This document shows, in pieces, positions 50,801 to 61,799 of a DNA stretch of 64,000 nucleotides. Numbering within the stretch: the first letter of the stretch is position 1; each line of letters starts with the position of its first letter. Under the pieces are notes generated by a model. That model was not told where the DNA came from and ran no database searches. It was given only the letters and a program-made list of their open reading frames with translations. Source of the stretch: Paragordius varius. Taxonomy: Eukaryota; Animalia; Nematomorpha. The DNA lies in assembly GCA_964247055.1 (NCBI GenBank), contig OZ176055.1, forward strand, positions 8,990,001 to 9,054,000, in the 5' to 3' direction. The position numbers and the translations under genes are program-made.

Positions 50801-53398
50801 TGGTATATTATAATTAATTATAAAGTTTTTTATTCGCTTAAAAGTAACTATTCCAAAATGAATAAATATATGTTTGGGAGAGAGAGTTTTTTATAAAAAT
50901 TTTTAATTTTTTTAATAGCAAATTTCTTACATAACGCATACTAGTACCTAATTCGCATACTAGTAGCTAGATGAATAAATTTAGGTAAAAAATTATATGT
51001 TAAAAAAAAGTTTTTTTTGCATAATTACAGATACAAATATTATAATTAATTATATAAAGTTTTTTATTCGCTTAAAAGTATAACTATTCCAAAATGAATA
51101 AATATATGTTAAAGAGAGAGAGTTTTTTATAAGAATTTGTCATTTTTTTAATAACAAACTTCTTACATTACGCAAACTAGTACCTAAATAAAGTAAAATA
51201 AGATAAAAAAATATATGTTAAAAAGAGGGTTTGTTTTTCATATGAGAATTACAGTAACTCTTTAATATATCAAGTATAATATGTAAAATTTTGATTTTGT
51301 ATACTCGTGCTAGAATTGGTAAAAAAAAGTGTACAAGTCGAATTAAAGTTTTTTAAATGTTTATATAAAATTTTATGTTCCACATACTAGTTGCTAATTT
51401 AAGAAAAAAATATGTTTATGTTTGGATAAAATGTTTTTAATATTTCAGTAACCTTAACTCATTATATGGCAAAAATAAAGTTGAAAGGTTAAAAAACAAT
51501 TGTTATAAGACACAGAAGCTTTGCATTTTATTCAACTATTTGAAAAAAAATATACTACTTTATAGTTCGCAATTGATTAAACACTAGTGTAATAATTGAA
51601 TAGATAGATCAATTTTGACTTTATTTCAAAGATTATTGTATCGTATACCTAATAAATCACCCAATGAAGCCAATTTTTCTTTATCATCCTCCATGGAATT
51701 GGATAAATCCATCAAATAATACAAATCTATGGGATAATCTTCGGCTTGTCGAAATTTGATTTGGAATTTAAGGGGTCGTTCTTTCGAATTTGAAATAAAA
51801 ATATTTAAATAAACGTAAAAAGTAATAAATTTATAATATATTTTAATTAAAGTTAAAACTTTTCCCGGTCAAATTTTGAAAAAAATAAGATATTTAGCTT
51901 TTAATAAGCATGTATAATCTCTAATCTTAAATTTTTTAGCACATTTTAAAATTTTATGCAAAATATTTTTTAATCTAAATTTGCTTTAGGGGGTATTGAG
52001 TGTTTAATTACTTACGTTTTTTTGAAGGAAAAAATATTTATACATATTAAATTGGGTATCAATAAGAAATTCATAATTTAGTGATTATAATTGCTCATTA
52101 AACATTTAAGTTAAACATTTTTTATAAGATTCAAGAATCAATAATTTTGAGTTTGAATCAAAACGTATAAAGTAAATTTTATTAGAAAATTGTTGAGTTT
52201 GCTAAGCAATGTTGTATTTAATCGAAAAAAAAGTTATATGAAATTGAACGGGCCTTAAACCAATTAAATATATTCAACCTTATTTCGCAACCGATACGAT
52301 AGGTTACATAATTATATAAAAATCAAGGATTATTAAAAAAATATGGTCTTTCTTAAAACAAAATTACCTTTTGCTTATTAATTAATTTTATTATATATTG
52401 TATTTGTTTATAACATAGCGATTCCTCCCTTGCTACCCAAGGTAATTATAACAAAACAGATTTCAAAAAATATAATGGTCTCTAAACAATAAGAATATTA
52501 GTCTTTTACTTATTAAATTTGTTTGTTTTTTTACAATTTATTTTTTAATGAAAATATATCAAACCATATCAAATAATTTCTATTCCTTTGTATATACTAA
52601 GTTAAATTTAAAAAAAATACGGTTATCTTCAAAACTAAAATATAAATATTCTTTATAATATTAGATTTTAACATAAAAAACAAGATCAAATATCAAATTT
52701 TTTACTTGGCCTAACTCTAAGCCGTGTTTTTTGGGGGAAAATTTGAACAAAATGTTCTTGAGTACCGGGCATACTTAACGGTTTTGAATCAACTAATTGC
52801 ATTTGATTTTGAGGATCAATAATGTATTTGGTATCACAACCTCTCTCCAAAAGGTTTGGGAAATAATCGCATCTCGGTTTCCCATCTAAACCATAATTCT
52901 ATTGCAAATGAAAAATAAAATTATAAATTATGGACAGTATAGATTCGAATTATAAAGATATAACGTTGGGCATATGACGACTTTATTTTTAAACTTATTT
53001 ATCTATAGTAGAGTTTAAAAAATAATTAATAGAAAAAATTGGAAAGACAGTCACTAATATGTTAAAATCGTAATTATAGAGGGTAGGTATAAAAAAAACA
53101 TGCAAAAAGTATGGCTGTATCGTTTAATTTGTTTTATCTATATAATTTTGATTTTTACATATAGAAATATTCAAAGTACTGATTATATATCATAAAAAAT
53201 GCATAATAAACTATAAATCATTTACCTCTTTTGAACACCATGCACATTTTGAATGAGCCATTATACATTCCCCACAATGTTTTTTGGCAGAACATGGATT
53301 CTTTTTAAGATCTAAAAGAGTTAAATATATGTGAAACCTTCAGAAAAGACGACTAAAACGGACAAAACGGATAAAAATAAAAACAAAAGATTGCGCAT
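32112..53398 (-). CDS. ITGB1: Integrin beta subunit, betaPS/beta1-like, ~924 aa, 18 exons per mRNA with two alternative exon 17s
   Basis: Exons on the minus strand: 53398-53338, 53311-53226, 52898-52706, 51780-51649, 49286-49033, 47121-46945, 46211-46026, 44767-44639, 44331-44182, 43472-43328, 41938-41695, 39633-39438, 37824-37695, 35740-35576, 34986-34849, 34328-34176, [33645-33479 or 32770-32604], 32180-32112. All phases are compatible (2775 nt). The product has a signal peptide, PSI cysteines, [26 protein letters not shown], a short PCERC specificity loop, [30 protein letters not shown], four I-EGF repeats, beta-tail, TM and the tail [18 protein letters not shown]. The gene symbol indicates the family only; orthology was not tested. 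Confidence 0.95.
32181..33478 (-). promoter_or_regulatory. Cluster of Rbfox-type UGCAUG splicing elements around exons 17a/17b
   Basis: Sense-strand TGCATG at 33429-33424, 33305-33300, 32830-32825, 32464-32459 and 32288-32283; additional GCATG at 33362, 33182, 32864 and 32350. Confidence 0.65.
32604..32770 (-). CDS. Integrin beta alternative TM/juxtamembrane exon 17b
   Basis: 167 nt, ATAG acceptor and GTATAC donor, phase 1 to 0; reads [56 protein letters not shown]. Confidence 0.9.
33479..33645 (-). CDS. Integrin beta alternative TM/juxtamembrane exon 17a
   Basis: 167 nt, TAAG acceptor and GTAATA donor, phase 1 to 0; reads [56 protein letters not shown]. Confidence 0.9.
35713..37250. repeat. 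Tandem array of the integrin exon 14 5' edge plus acceptor
   Basis: About 9-11 degenerate 100-220-bp units, each with GGACC(G/T)C(G/T)ATA..CG..T(C/T)G(C/T)TAA(A/T)AACACCT, the reverse complement of the exon start [10 protein letters not shown]. Confidence 0.85.
38025..38640. repeat. Three ~210-bp tandem units built on a truncated TACCATTTAC-MITE end
   Basis: CATTTACAATTCAAATT..TTGAACAA..TTCACCT.GTGTTTTAGAGTTTATATAACTCAACATTGATG at ~38025, ~38245 and ~38440. Confidence 0.75.
38710..39313. mobile_element. Fold-back MITE (TACCATTTAC termini) with expanded 21-bp subterminal repeats; longest copy of a high-copy family
   Basis: Termini TACCATTTAC...GTAAATGGTA flanked by TA. The arms are built from the 21-mer TTGAACAATTCAAATTCACCC and its complement around a ~170-bp AT core. 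Siblings: 2871-3094, 22288-22579, 34408-34741 (extra right end to 34818), 41204-41519, 43748-44027, 45716-46010, 46416-46742, 49702-49956, 50543-50805, and degenerate 32875-33125. Confidence 0.9.
39585..40710. repeat. Tandem array of the integrin exon 12 5' edge plus acceptor
   Basis: ACTGACCACTAACAATTTCCAACGCATTTTCTCTACAC at 39602 (real exon) with copies at 39851, 39963, 40245, 40395, 40530 and 40669, and truncated copies at ~39721 and ~40088. Confidence 0.9.
42655..43340. repeat. Tandem array of the integrin exon 10 3' edge plus donor
   Basis: ATACCCTGCTCT at 42670, 42847, 43021 and 43191 (spacing 170-177 bp) versus the real junction GTACCCTGTTCCTCTAAA at 43324. Confidence 0.85.
47452..47646. 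mobile_element. hAT-type MITE in integrin intron 5
   Basis: Imperfect 15-bp TIRs (TACAGGTGTCCAACA / TGTTGGACACCCTTG) and an 8-bp TSD ATCTGAAA on both sides; a related left end sits at ~6963. Confidence 0.7.
49270..51200. repeat. Tandem and higher-order array of the integrin exon 5 5' edge plus acceptor, with a duplicated MITE
   Basis: CGCATACTAGTAGCTA(G/A)ATG at 49274 (real), 49492, 50106, 50337 and 50954; spacings 218/614/231/617 give a ~845-bp higher-order duplication. Confidence 0.9.
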
Positions 53399-53446
53399 CT
53401 GGGTGTGCCTAATACATGTGGCTTAATGAATTAATCAAATTTCAGC
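53399..53446. promoter_or_regulatory. 48-bp interval between the divergent integrin beta and MTR3 start codons
   Basis: Integrin ATG at 53398 (-) is preceded by CACCCAG; MTR3 ATG at 53447 (+) is preceded by AAATTTCAGC. Confidence 0.7.
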
Positions 53447-55262
53447 ATGGCTCGCATGGATGGTCGAAATTTTAATGAAATAAGGAACTTAAGTTTAAAT
53501 TTTATTTTACCTTGTTTTTAGATATAAAAACCGATATTATAAATGCTGCGAAGGGCTCAGCTTATATGGAACAAGGAAACACCAAAGTTGTTTGCTCTAT
53601 ATTTGGCCCAAAAGAATATATACAAAAACGAAAAGCCTCTGAAAAAATTAACCAAGCTGTTATTGAATGTAACATAAAGTATGCGCCTTTTTACGAAAAA
53701 TCTCAGGATTTGTTGTATAAAAATAATACGACACAAACTTATTCATACTCAAATTTGGTTAAAGAAGCATTAGAACCATATATTAATACAGTACTAATAA
53801 CCTAATTTTTAGTACCAATATCCAAAATCTAAAATTGAAATAAATTTATTGGTTTTGGAGAATGATGGCTCACTTTTGTCCGCATTGATTAATTGTGCAA
53901 GTGTCGCAATCGTTACTGCGGGCATTGAAGTTTTTGATATTCTTTGCTCTTCAACCCTTTTATACACTACAAACGATAATTTACTCGTAGATCCTATCTA
54001 TGATGAGCAAGTAATCTTATAAAATAATTAAACGATATTTTAATGCTGGATAAATACCTTTTTTCATTCAAATTTAACATTTTTTCAACCAAACCCAACA
54101 CCTTTTCGTCCAACTTAACATTTATTTTTAAACTTCCTTATAAGGCTTTATAATTATCAAGTGTTGAGTTATATGTGATAATTCAATAACTAAAAGTTGT
54201 ATCGTACTGATGAGTGCTAAAAAGCTTGGTATTTTCTATTTAGGTTTTCAGTTAGTTTCAGTTTATAGAATGCCCTTTCTTAACCTTTTCAAAACGATTT
54301 TTCAATCCAATGTTTTGAGTTTTTGAGAAACGTTTTAATCGAGAATCCGTTTTCAAAATAACTATGTTTTTTTTAATCAATTCTATTTCAATGTTCAAAT
54401 TTTATTCATTTTTTATAAATGTAAGCTTTTAATTTTTATGATTTGAAACAAATGTTAATGGTAACTGCTTCATTTGATTATTTTTATTTTCAATATATTA
54501 AAGTTTTATTTCGGATCTCGTTTGGCATTATCTAAATTTTTTCAAGCGCCGAAATTATAATTATATAACTTGAAAAATTATATAAATTTAAAGATAAATT
54601 GCTGTATTGTATAAAAAGGTTAACCAAGACTCAATGAATGAATGCATACTAGCGTACATGCCTCAATTAAATCAAATTTCCATGTTGGAATTTCAGGGGT
54701 CATTTGATCAAATAACGTTTCAAAAGGTTTTTTACACAATTGTTTTTATTTTCAATGTGTTTTTTTGATACAAAGGCTGATACCGGAATGATAAGTTGTT
54801 TTTTGAACTGTTATTTTGCTTAGGGTTCTTTAATTTTTAACATATTTTTTTACACGTAGAGCATACAATAAATATATGTAGTTTATGTATGTCTATTTAA
54901 GATTATTATTCACAATGCAAAAAAATTAGAGTATCTGTAAATTAACATTAGGCTTAGATTCACATTTATATGGCCAAAATGGAATTGACCACATTTTTAG
55001 CCAAAATCAATGGTAGGCATTACGTTCAGAACTGTTTTTTAAATATATTTGAAACAAATTGGAGCAAAAAAAAAATTACCATTTTTTATTATTTTTTTAG
55101 ATACTCAATCACACTATGAGTGCGGCAAACAAGATACAGGAATATCTTAAACATATTTGTCATGAATGGATAAATAATAAATGTCCTCAAAAATATTTTT
55201 TTCTTTATAATCGAACAAAATTATATATTTTTATTTTATATATAAGATGTGGCATTTTGTAA
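53447..55262 (+). CDS. EXOSC6: Exosome complex RNase PH-like subunit MTR3 (EXOSC6-like)
   Basis: Exons 53447-53492, 53522-53790, 53813-54010, 54619-54726, 55101-55262; the exon 4 acceptor and the 3' end are uncertain. Motifs AKGSAYMEQGNTKVVCSIFGPKE, KYAPF, EALEP..YPKS, VLENDGS, AGIEVFD, DP, AYMPQLNQIS fit MTR3 better than RRP41. Confidence 0.8.
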
Positions 55263-55484
55263 AATGGTGGGGTTTTCAGATGATATATTCGGAAATTAAG
55301 TATTTGAAGAGGCATTGATGGCCTATTATTTACTTTGGTTTTGTATTCAAGGAAATTGTTAGTTGGTTGCATATATATATATATATACATGCGGATTTTT
55401 ATTTGATTTTTATAAAATTTCCCATCTATCCTATTGTATGGTGACGGGATAGATTAGTTAATTTTTTTACTGTTCTGTTTAAGT

Positions 55485-57802
55485 CAGTGATACTCAAACC
55501 GCGGGCCGCATGCGGCCCTTAGAGTGCTCTAAAATTGCCCTATGACCATATTGATACTTATATTATTTTTTTATTGATGAATTTTTAAAACACACATAAA
55601 CGAATTTTTGTAGCTTTTATTTTTTACCCAATTAGAATGTAGAAAAAATTCCTTACATTAGAATTATTTCGAAATTTTGGCACATGTTTTTGTTTCTGTA
55701 TTCTATTTTCTTTTCTATTTTGACATTTTTATTGCATTCCTTTTTTGTCTTTAAGCAAGCATTTCACTCAAACTCCATACACGTAATCTTTTGCTATCCT
55801 GTATCATTTTTTATAACTTATTCCCATAAAATATTTTTCAAAATAACTTCATTAAATTTCGACCTATTTTTTTATATCATAATTCAAATTATATTCCTAA
55901 TTTTTTGAAAAAATCTACATAATATTTGAACATAAATTCAAAGGATGACATTTTTTGCTAAAAAAACGTAAATTACCGATGAAAATCGCTTCTTTAAAAA
56001 GAATGGGAAGAAAAATTCTTTGTCGTTCAAAATAAAATTGTTTTTACCTGCCATATATGTAAGGACAACATTTTTATAAAAAAATATTGAAAGACATTTT
56101 ACAATCTATTTTCATAAATTACCTGAAAATCATGAGGAAAGAAACGAAAAATATAAAAAGATTAAGGAATTATAGGAATCTATTATGTCCTTAGTTCCCC
56201 GGAAAAAGCTTTAACATTAGCTTCGTATGAAAGCTATATTTTAGGAAAAATATGAGTTTACTGATTCCCAACTAATAAAAAAATGTCTTTTAAATGGTTG
56301 CACTTTTTTTGTTGATAAATTCCATAATAAAAATCAAATCATGAGGCAAATTAAAAAAATTAAACTTTCTGATTGAAACATGTGCTCGGCCCATTCAAGA
56401 TATGTCTAAATATATTTTTAACAATACAATATTAACTCTAAAAAACTGTAAATATTTTAATGCTATTGATTCTAGGACTGATATTAGTTCAACACCTCAA
56501 TATGAGCTCTTCGTGAGATTTCGCAACGACAACAAAATCAACGAGGATTTAAAAATTTTACCAATGAATAATACCACGAAAGAAAGTTTTCTCGAAATAA
56601 TTAGCACTTTTTTTCGATAGTAATGGTTTATAAAATTGGTGATCTGCACAGATGGGAATAAACAAAGGATTTATTCCTCTTTTAAAAACAAATATAAAAA
56701 ATATTTTATCTTTTCGCTGCCTCATTCATCAGCAAAACTTGGTTTCGCGTGTAAAAGATGAATCACTCAATTCAGTAATTAAAACGGTTGTGGATATGAT
56801 TAACCACATCCGTGGCACAGAATTTAAATCCCGTATATTCAAAAAACCTTCTGAAAGATGTCCACAATGAGGATGATATTATTTGTACACCGGTGTGAGG
56901 TGAAGCCTTGCAAAGTATTAAACAGATTTTTTGTTTTAAGTTATGAAATTCTATTATCATAAAAATAACAGAATTGACGAGGAAATTAATAGTGACAAAT
57001 GGTAAATTTTATTAACCTTTGCGACATTACTTACAAACTTAGTATTTTTAATACAAGTCTTAAGGAGCAAAATAATAACCCAATTTGCTAATCAAATATT
57101 GCTTTTAAAGAAAAATTAATAATATATAATACAGATTTTATAAATAAAACACTCTTATATTTTCCAACACTTAAAACAATTCATGAAGAAAATATAAAAT
57201 TTACCGCGGATATTAATTTAATGATAGATAATCATTTAACATTTATATAATGAGATGAAATTCAGATTTGAATTTAAAAATATTAAAAATTGGTTTAAAC
57301 ACATTTAAAAGCAATGGCATATGGATCCAATTTTGATCAGGCGCATATCATTAAAGAATTCGTAGATTTCAAAAATGATTCCAATTTGGAGGCTATATTC
57401 AAGGATAATCGAGTAGAAAGTTATGTAGAGTTTTGGTAAGATGTGCCAAACAAATATGAAAATATAAAAAAATGTGTTCAGTTATCCTAACTGTTTTTCC
57501 CTCAACTTACACGTGTGAGACGGCATATTTAAAAATGAAGTATGTCATGAATACATACAGAAATCGCTTAACCGATGATCATATGGACGACGTATTCGGC
57601 TTGTTATTGGTTAATATCAAAATATTTTAATTTTTTAAACTAAATGGTGCAAAGATACGCAAAAAATTCGTGCTGATTTAGAGTATAAATATGTGCATAT
57701 TTGTCAAATAGCTATGGAATATTTGCCATTATAAGGTTCATGGCCCTCGAAAAAAAAATATATTTTATTTGGCCCGTCAAATTTTTTTGGTGAGTACCAC
57801 TG
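55485..57802 (+). mobile_element. hAT (Buster/Charlie-like) DNA transposon, complete ends, decayed transposase
   Basis: TIRs CAGTGATACTCA...TGAGTACCACTG, a perfect 8-bp TSD GTTTAAGT (55477-55484 and 57803-57810) and subterminal GGGCCGCATGCGGCCC. Transposase remnants AIDSRTDISSTPQ..LFVRF, RCLIHQQNL, FPSTYTCE and RNRLTDDH are broken by stops and frameshifts. Confidence 0.9.
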
Positions 57803-58299
57803 GTTTAAGTTATATTTGGGATCTAAAAATAATGAAAAATTAAATATAATAAAGTACGAATTGTAAAATATATGAGTCCTAATTTTTTGTTAATATTTAA
57901 ACCTATTTTTCTCCGTTACAACCCTGAAACATATATATTTTTTGGTATCGTCAATCAATTTTTTATTTGCGAGCCTATGAAAATTTTGGAAATTTTTGTT
58001 TAGTTTATGATATACTTGGTATGATTTTGTAATGAAAAATTTTTTTTCTCTTAACACGAATAGTTTAACAAAAAAGGAGTGTATAATTGTTAAAACACTA
58101 GCCTTTAAACAAATTTTTTTATAATTATATAAACGAATTTAATGTTGCAAAATTTAAGTTTCAACCATTTGTTTTTTACGCATACGCTACTGTATTGCCA
58201 ATAGGTTGACGATAATGTCAATTGGTCAATATTAATATGCATACTGTATTTGAATTGTGAAATATTTTAATAAGACAAAAACGAATTACTCGTTGTTAA

Positions 58300-59260
58300 G
58301 AGAAAATTTACCCGAAAACCAGATTATGTATCTGCGCATATTGAAACTATTACTAAAGAAAAGTCCATTTACTATAAATAAAACTACAGGTCCAGACGAT
58401 ATCAACAAAAACTGTTAAAAATAATGCAGAGAAAGGTATTGAATTTTTGAAGGATATTTTTAATGATGTAGTTACTACAGGTATGATACCATCATGGAAG
58501 GAGAGTTTCACTGCTTAAATTTTCAAGGGTAAAGGAAATATAAATGATTGTAACAATTACACAGGAATAAGATTGATGTCGCATTAAATGAAGTTATTTG
58601 CGGTACTAGAAAAATGAAGAAAAATGTTATTATAGAGGGTAATCAATTCGCTTTTATACCGGGAAAGTCCACCTTTAATTCGATTTACGCAGTAAGAAGG
58701 TTATTGAAAAGCATATAGAAATCAAAAAGTAGTTGCATGGAATTTTAGTCGATGTTGAAAAGGCGTTTGACAGGATACCACGCAGTATATAGTAAAGTTT
58801 AATACGAAAATAGGATCATGAGGGTTATATTAAATTTCTATAAAGCATGTATGGGTATGTTTTGTGCGATAAAGATTTTGAATTAAAAGTCAAGGGTAAG
58901 ATTCCAGTACTGTTGTACAGCCAATAATGTACAACTTTCAGACATGGGCATTGAAGAAATCAGAAGAGAGGCACCTTAAAGTTATTGAAATGAGAATTCT
59001 TATATTGATGGGTGTAACGAAGAAAGACAAGGTGAGGAATGTATACATTAGAGTTACGGAAATTGAACCAATAACGCAAAAGATAACGTTAAATTGTCTT
59101 AGATGGTTTTGACACTAGAATGAAGAGATAATAACTACATTAGTAAAAAGATTGAGAATCATTGAAAGGTAAGAGGGGAAAGGACGCTCTAAAACGCGAG
59201 GACGCCATAGACATGGTTATATGGCGAAATAGTTTACGGATATGACCGCTTGAATTATCA
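58300..59260 (+). mobile_element. Decayed, internally deleted RTE-clade LINE
   Basis: TGPDD, IFKGKGNINDCNNYTGIRLMSH, NQFAFIPGKST, VDVEKAFDRIPR, TWALKKSEERHLKVIEMRIL, LRWF; shares the TTACCCGAAA..CCAGATTAT..ATCTGCGCATATTGAAA segment with the 13.2-kb copy. Confidence 0.85.
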
Positions 59261-59951
59261 TAACTGTTTTAACAGTCCATTAGCTTTTGGGATTGTTTTA
59301 TTTCCCAGAGCGATTTGAAATTTGAATATCTTAAAATGTAATAAAAGTATTAAGCCGAATACAAAATAATTTGTTCTAAAAATGTAAAATTGTAAAAAAA
59401 TACTCATCTGATTTTCGGCGCCATAATCGGTAACCTAACGGGTAAATAATGTATTTATGGTTGGAGAAATCAAACAATAATTTTTAAGACTCTGAGGCTA
59501 CACATTACCAGAAATTTAATATATTTGATTTCTATATCAGCTGTTTGTTTCATTTGTGCTTTGAAGTTGTCCACATTTTATACTCTAGAAGCCACAAAAC
59601 TGTAAAAAATACGCTTTTTTATCACATGAGTAATGTTTGATATATAAATTTTAACTAAAATAACTTTCCAAACTAGTTGCATACATGAGCTCTTGGATAC
59701 AAATGCAACTCAAAAGATAAACTAGGACAAAAAAGTGAAGATGTAATACAAATTTTTTATGATTGTTAAAGTATTTGACTAACAAGATATATAAAAGGGA
59801 TGTATAAATGGAATATCAATATTATATGTTTGTATAACTTTTAAGCATAAAAAACTTAAAGCGACTATTTTTTATTATACGGTCAATCCAGAAAATTTAG
59901 TAAATTTATATGGGTGCATGGACATAAACCAATTCTTTTTACACTTTATCC

Positions 59952-61227
59952 CAGGGCTTGGAACCCGACCTAAATTTGTAACCGGTTCCAAAGAGTTCTA
60001 AAATTTTAACTTTTTTACATTTTTTTGTTCTAGAACCGGTTATATAAAAAGTCAAACCTGTTGTAAAACGGTTCCTAAAGTTTTAAAACTGTTCTGGTTC
60101 CCCCATTTTATTAAGTTCCAGAACAGGTTATTAAATGGTTACCCATATATCAAAATATTAGATAAGTATTCCAAAAACAATATGCACCATCTAAACACCT
60201 ATTATTTAACACTTCGATTCAAATTGGGGTATCTAAATACCCCAGACTTGAGTTAGAGTTTTAAAAAACTACTTAAGGAAACGATATTAATTTAAATTTA
60301 TGTTCTATCCTAAAAAAATTATATAAATATGCCAAAATATCAAAAAATAATTTTGTTTTGAAAAAAAGTTCCATGTCAAACTACTTCGACGCCATTTTTA
60401 TTTTACAAAGTCTTTGCGAAAATCGCCTTCATTTAATTTTGAGGGTAAAATTAAAGCTAATTATTTAATTAAATTTCATCTAACATTGATAGAAATAGAA
60501 AAAAGGGATTATATTGTATTATTTTTCAATTTTACCATTGCACGCATGTCACGTTGATTAAATTTTTACCTTTAGGTTTTAGCTTACAATAAGTATTAAG
60601 TATTTTTAAATATTTTTTTTATATATTTCGGTTTATTAATGTTATATAAGTGCAAGAATTTGCCATGGTTTCGATTCCTTTCATATTTTTTAAAGCAATT
60701 AATTTTAAACAGCTGCGGTATTTAACTACCCCAATTTGAATCGAAGGACTAAAATGAATGTGTTGTATCCAATGTTAAAAGATACAAGCAATTGGATAAG
60801 TTTAACAATGCAATATTATCACCTACTTCCAATGAATTTACATGACTTACTTCATTCGACGTAATACGTCTATGAAGAGCCAATAGGTTATTTATTGCAG
60901 TGCATTTTTCCTCTTATCGAAGTTCCTTTATAAAACTAGGATCCAAATAAAAAGCAATGGATTTTTATGATATTGCTGCTCTTTATTGGGCAAACATTCC
61001 ATTTTACAACTATTTACTGATCTAACTTAAAAAATACATCTTCCAGATATCAAAAAATGTGAAATAATAATATCGATATGAGCGTAACAATGCTTGCCTT
61101 ATAATATATAAAATGTTGGTCTCTAAAAAGTTTCTTAAAAATTTAAAATATGTTCCAAAAGGGTTCTTAAAATTTTAACACTGTTCCGGCTCTCATAGCG
61201 TAACAACGGTTCTGGTTCTAAGGCCTG
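59952..61227. mobile_element. Probable non-autonomous hAT-like element carrying a nested piggyBac-like MITE
   Basis: Ends CAGGGCTTGGAACC / GGTTCTAAGGCCTG, subterminal AACCGGTT/GGTTCC repeats, degenerate 8-bp TSD (5/8 match). Confidence 0.5.
60210..60748. mobile_element. piggyBac-like MITE (TTAA target); right boundary approximate
   Basis: TTAA|CACTTCGATTCAAATTGGGGTA...TACCCCAATTTGAATCGAAG. A reverse-oriented truncated copy at ~13400-13850 ends GAATCAAAGTG|TTAA; another degenerate copy is at ~61400-61790. Confidence 0.7.
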
Positions 61228-61799
61228 CTTATTGCCTTTTCAATTTTTATATAAAAAATATTCGTGGGCGAATCTTAGGACTCAAAAGTAATAAATTACA
61301 AGCCCAAAATCATATTGTTAAAATATAATTATCACATTGAACTGTATATTAACATTTCAAATTGGTTTACCTAAAGACCCTAGGCAACAATTAAATATAA
61401 TTAAAAAACTAGTGAAGGACACGGTTCCGAATGAGATTTTTTTTTTCTATCCTAATAAAAATTATATTAAGCCAAAATATATAAATAAAATTCTATTTTG
61501 AAAAAAATCCCATTTTAAACTGCTTCGACGCCATTTATATTTCGCAACATTCTTGCGAAATATCGTGTTTCAGTTTAACGCTAAATTTTAGATGATTTTT
61601 AATTAAAATTACATCTAAGATTAATATAAAGAGCAAAAATCGTTTTTGCATTATCTGATCACAATACTATAAGGAATCAAAAAATATGTAGAAAATCGAG
61701 TCCAGAAAAAGTTGTGTCACAGTGTTATTTAGCTAACTCAGTATGTCATGCTGGCTAAATTTTTACCTTCGGATTTATGCATTTAAGAAGTGCATCTTT

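Noticed and set aside
53791-53812. Alternative genetic code, readthrough or frameshifting to explain in-frame stops in conserved genes
   Set aside because: Every interruption is bounded by GT..AG, and its removal restores homologous spacing; genes end in standard TAA or TGA.
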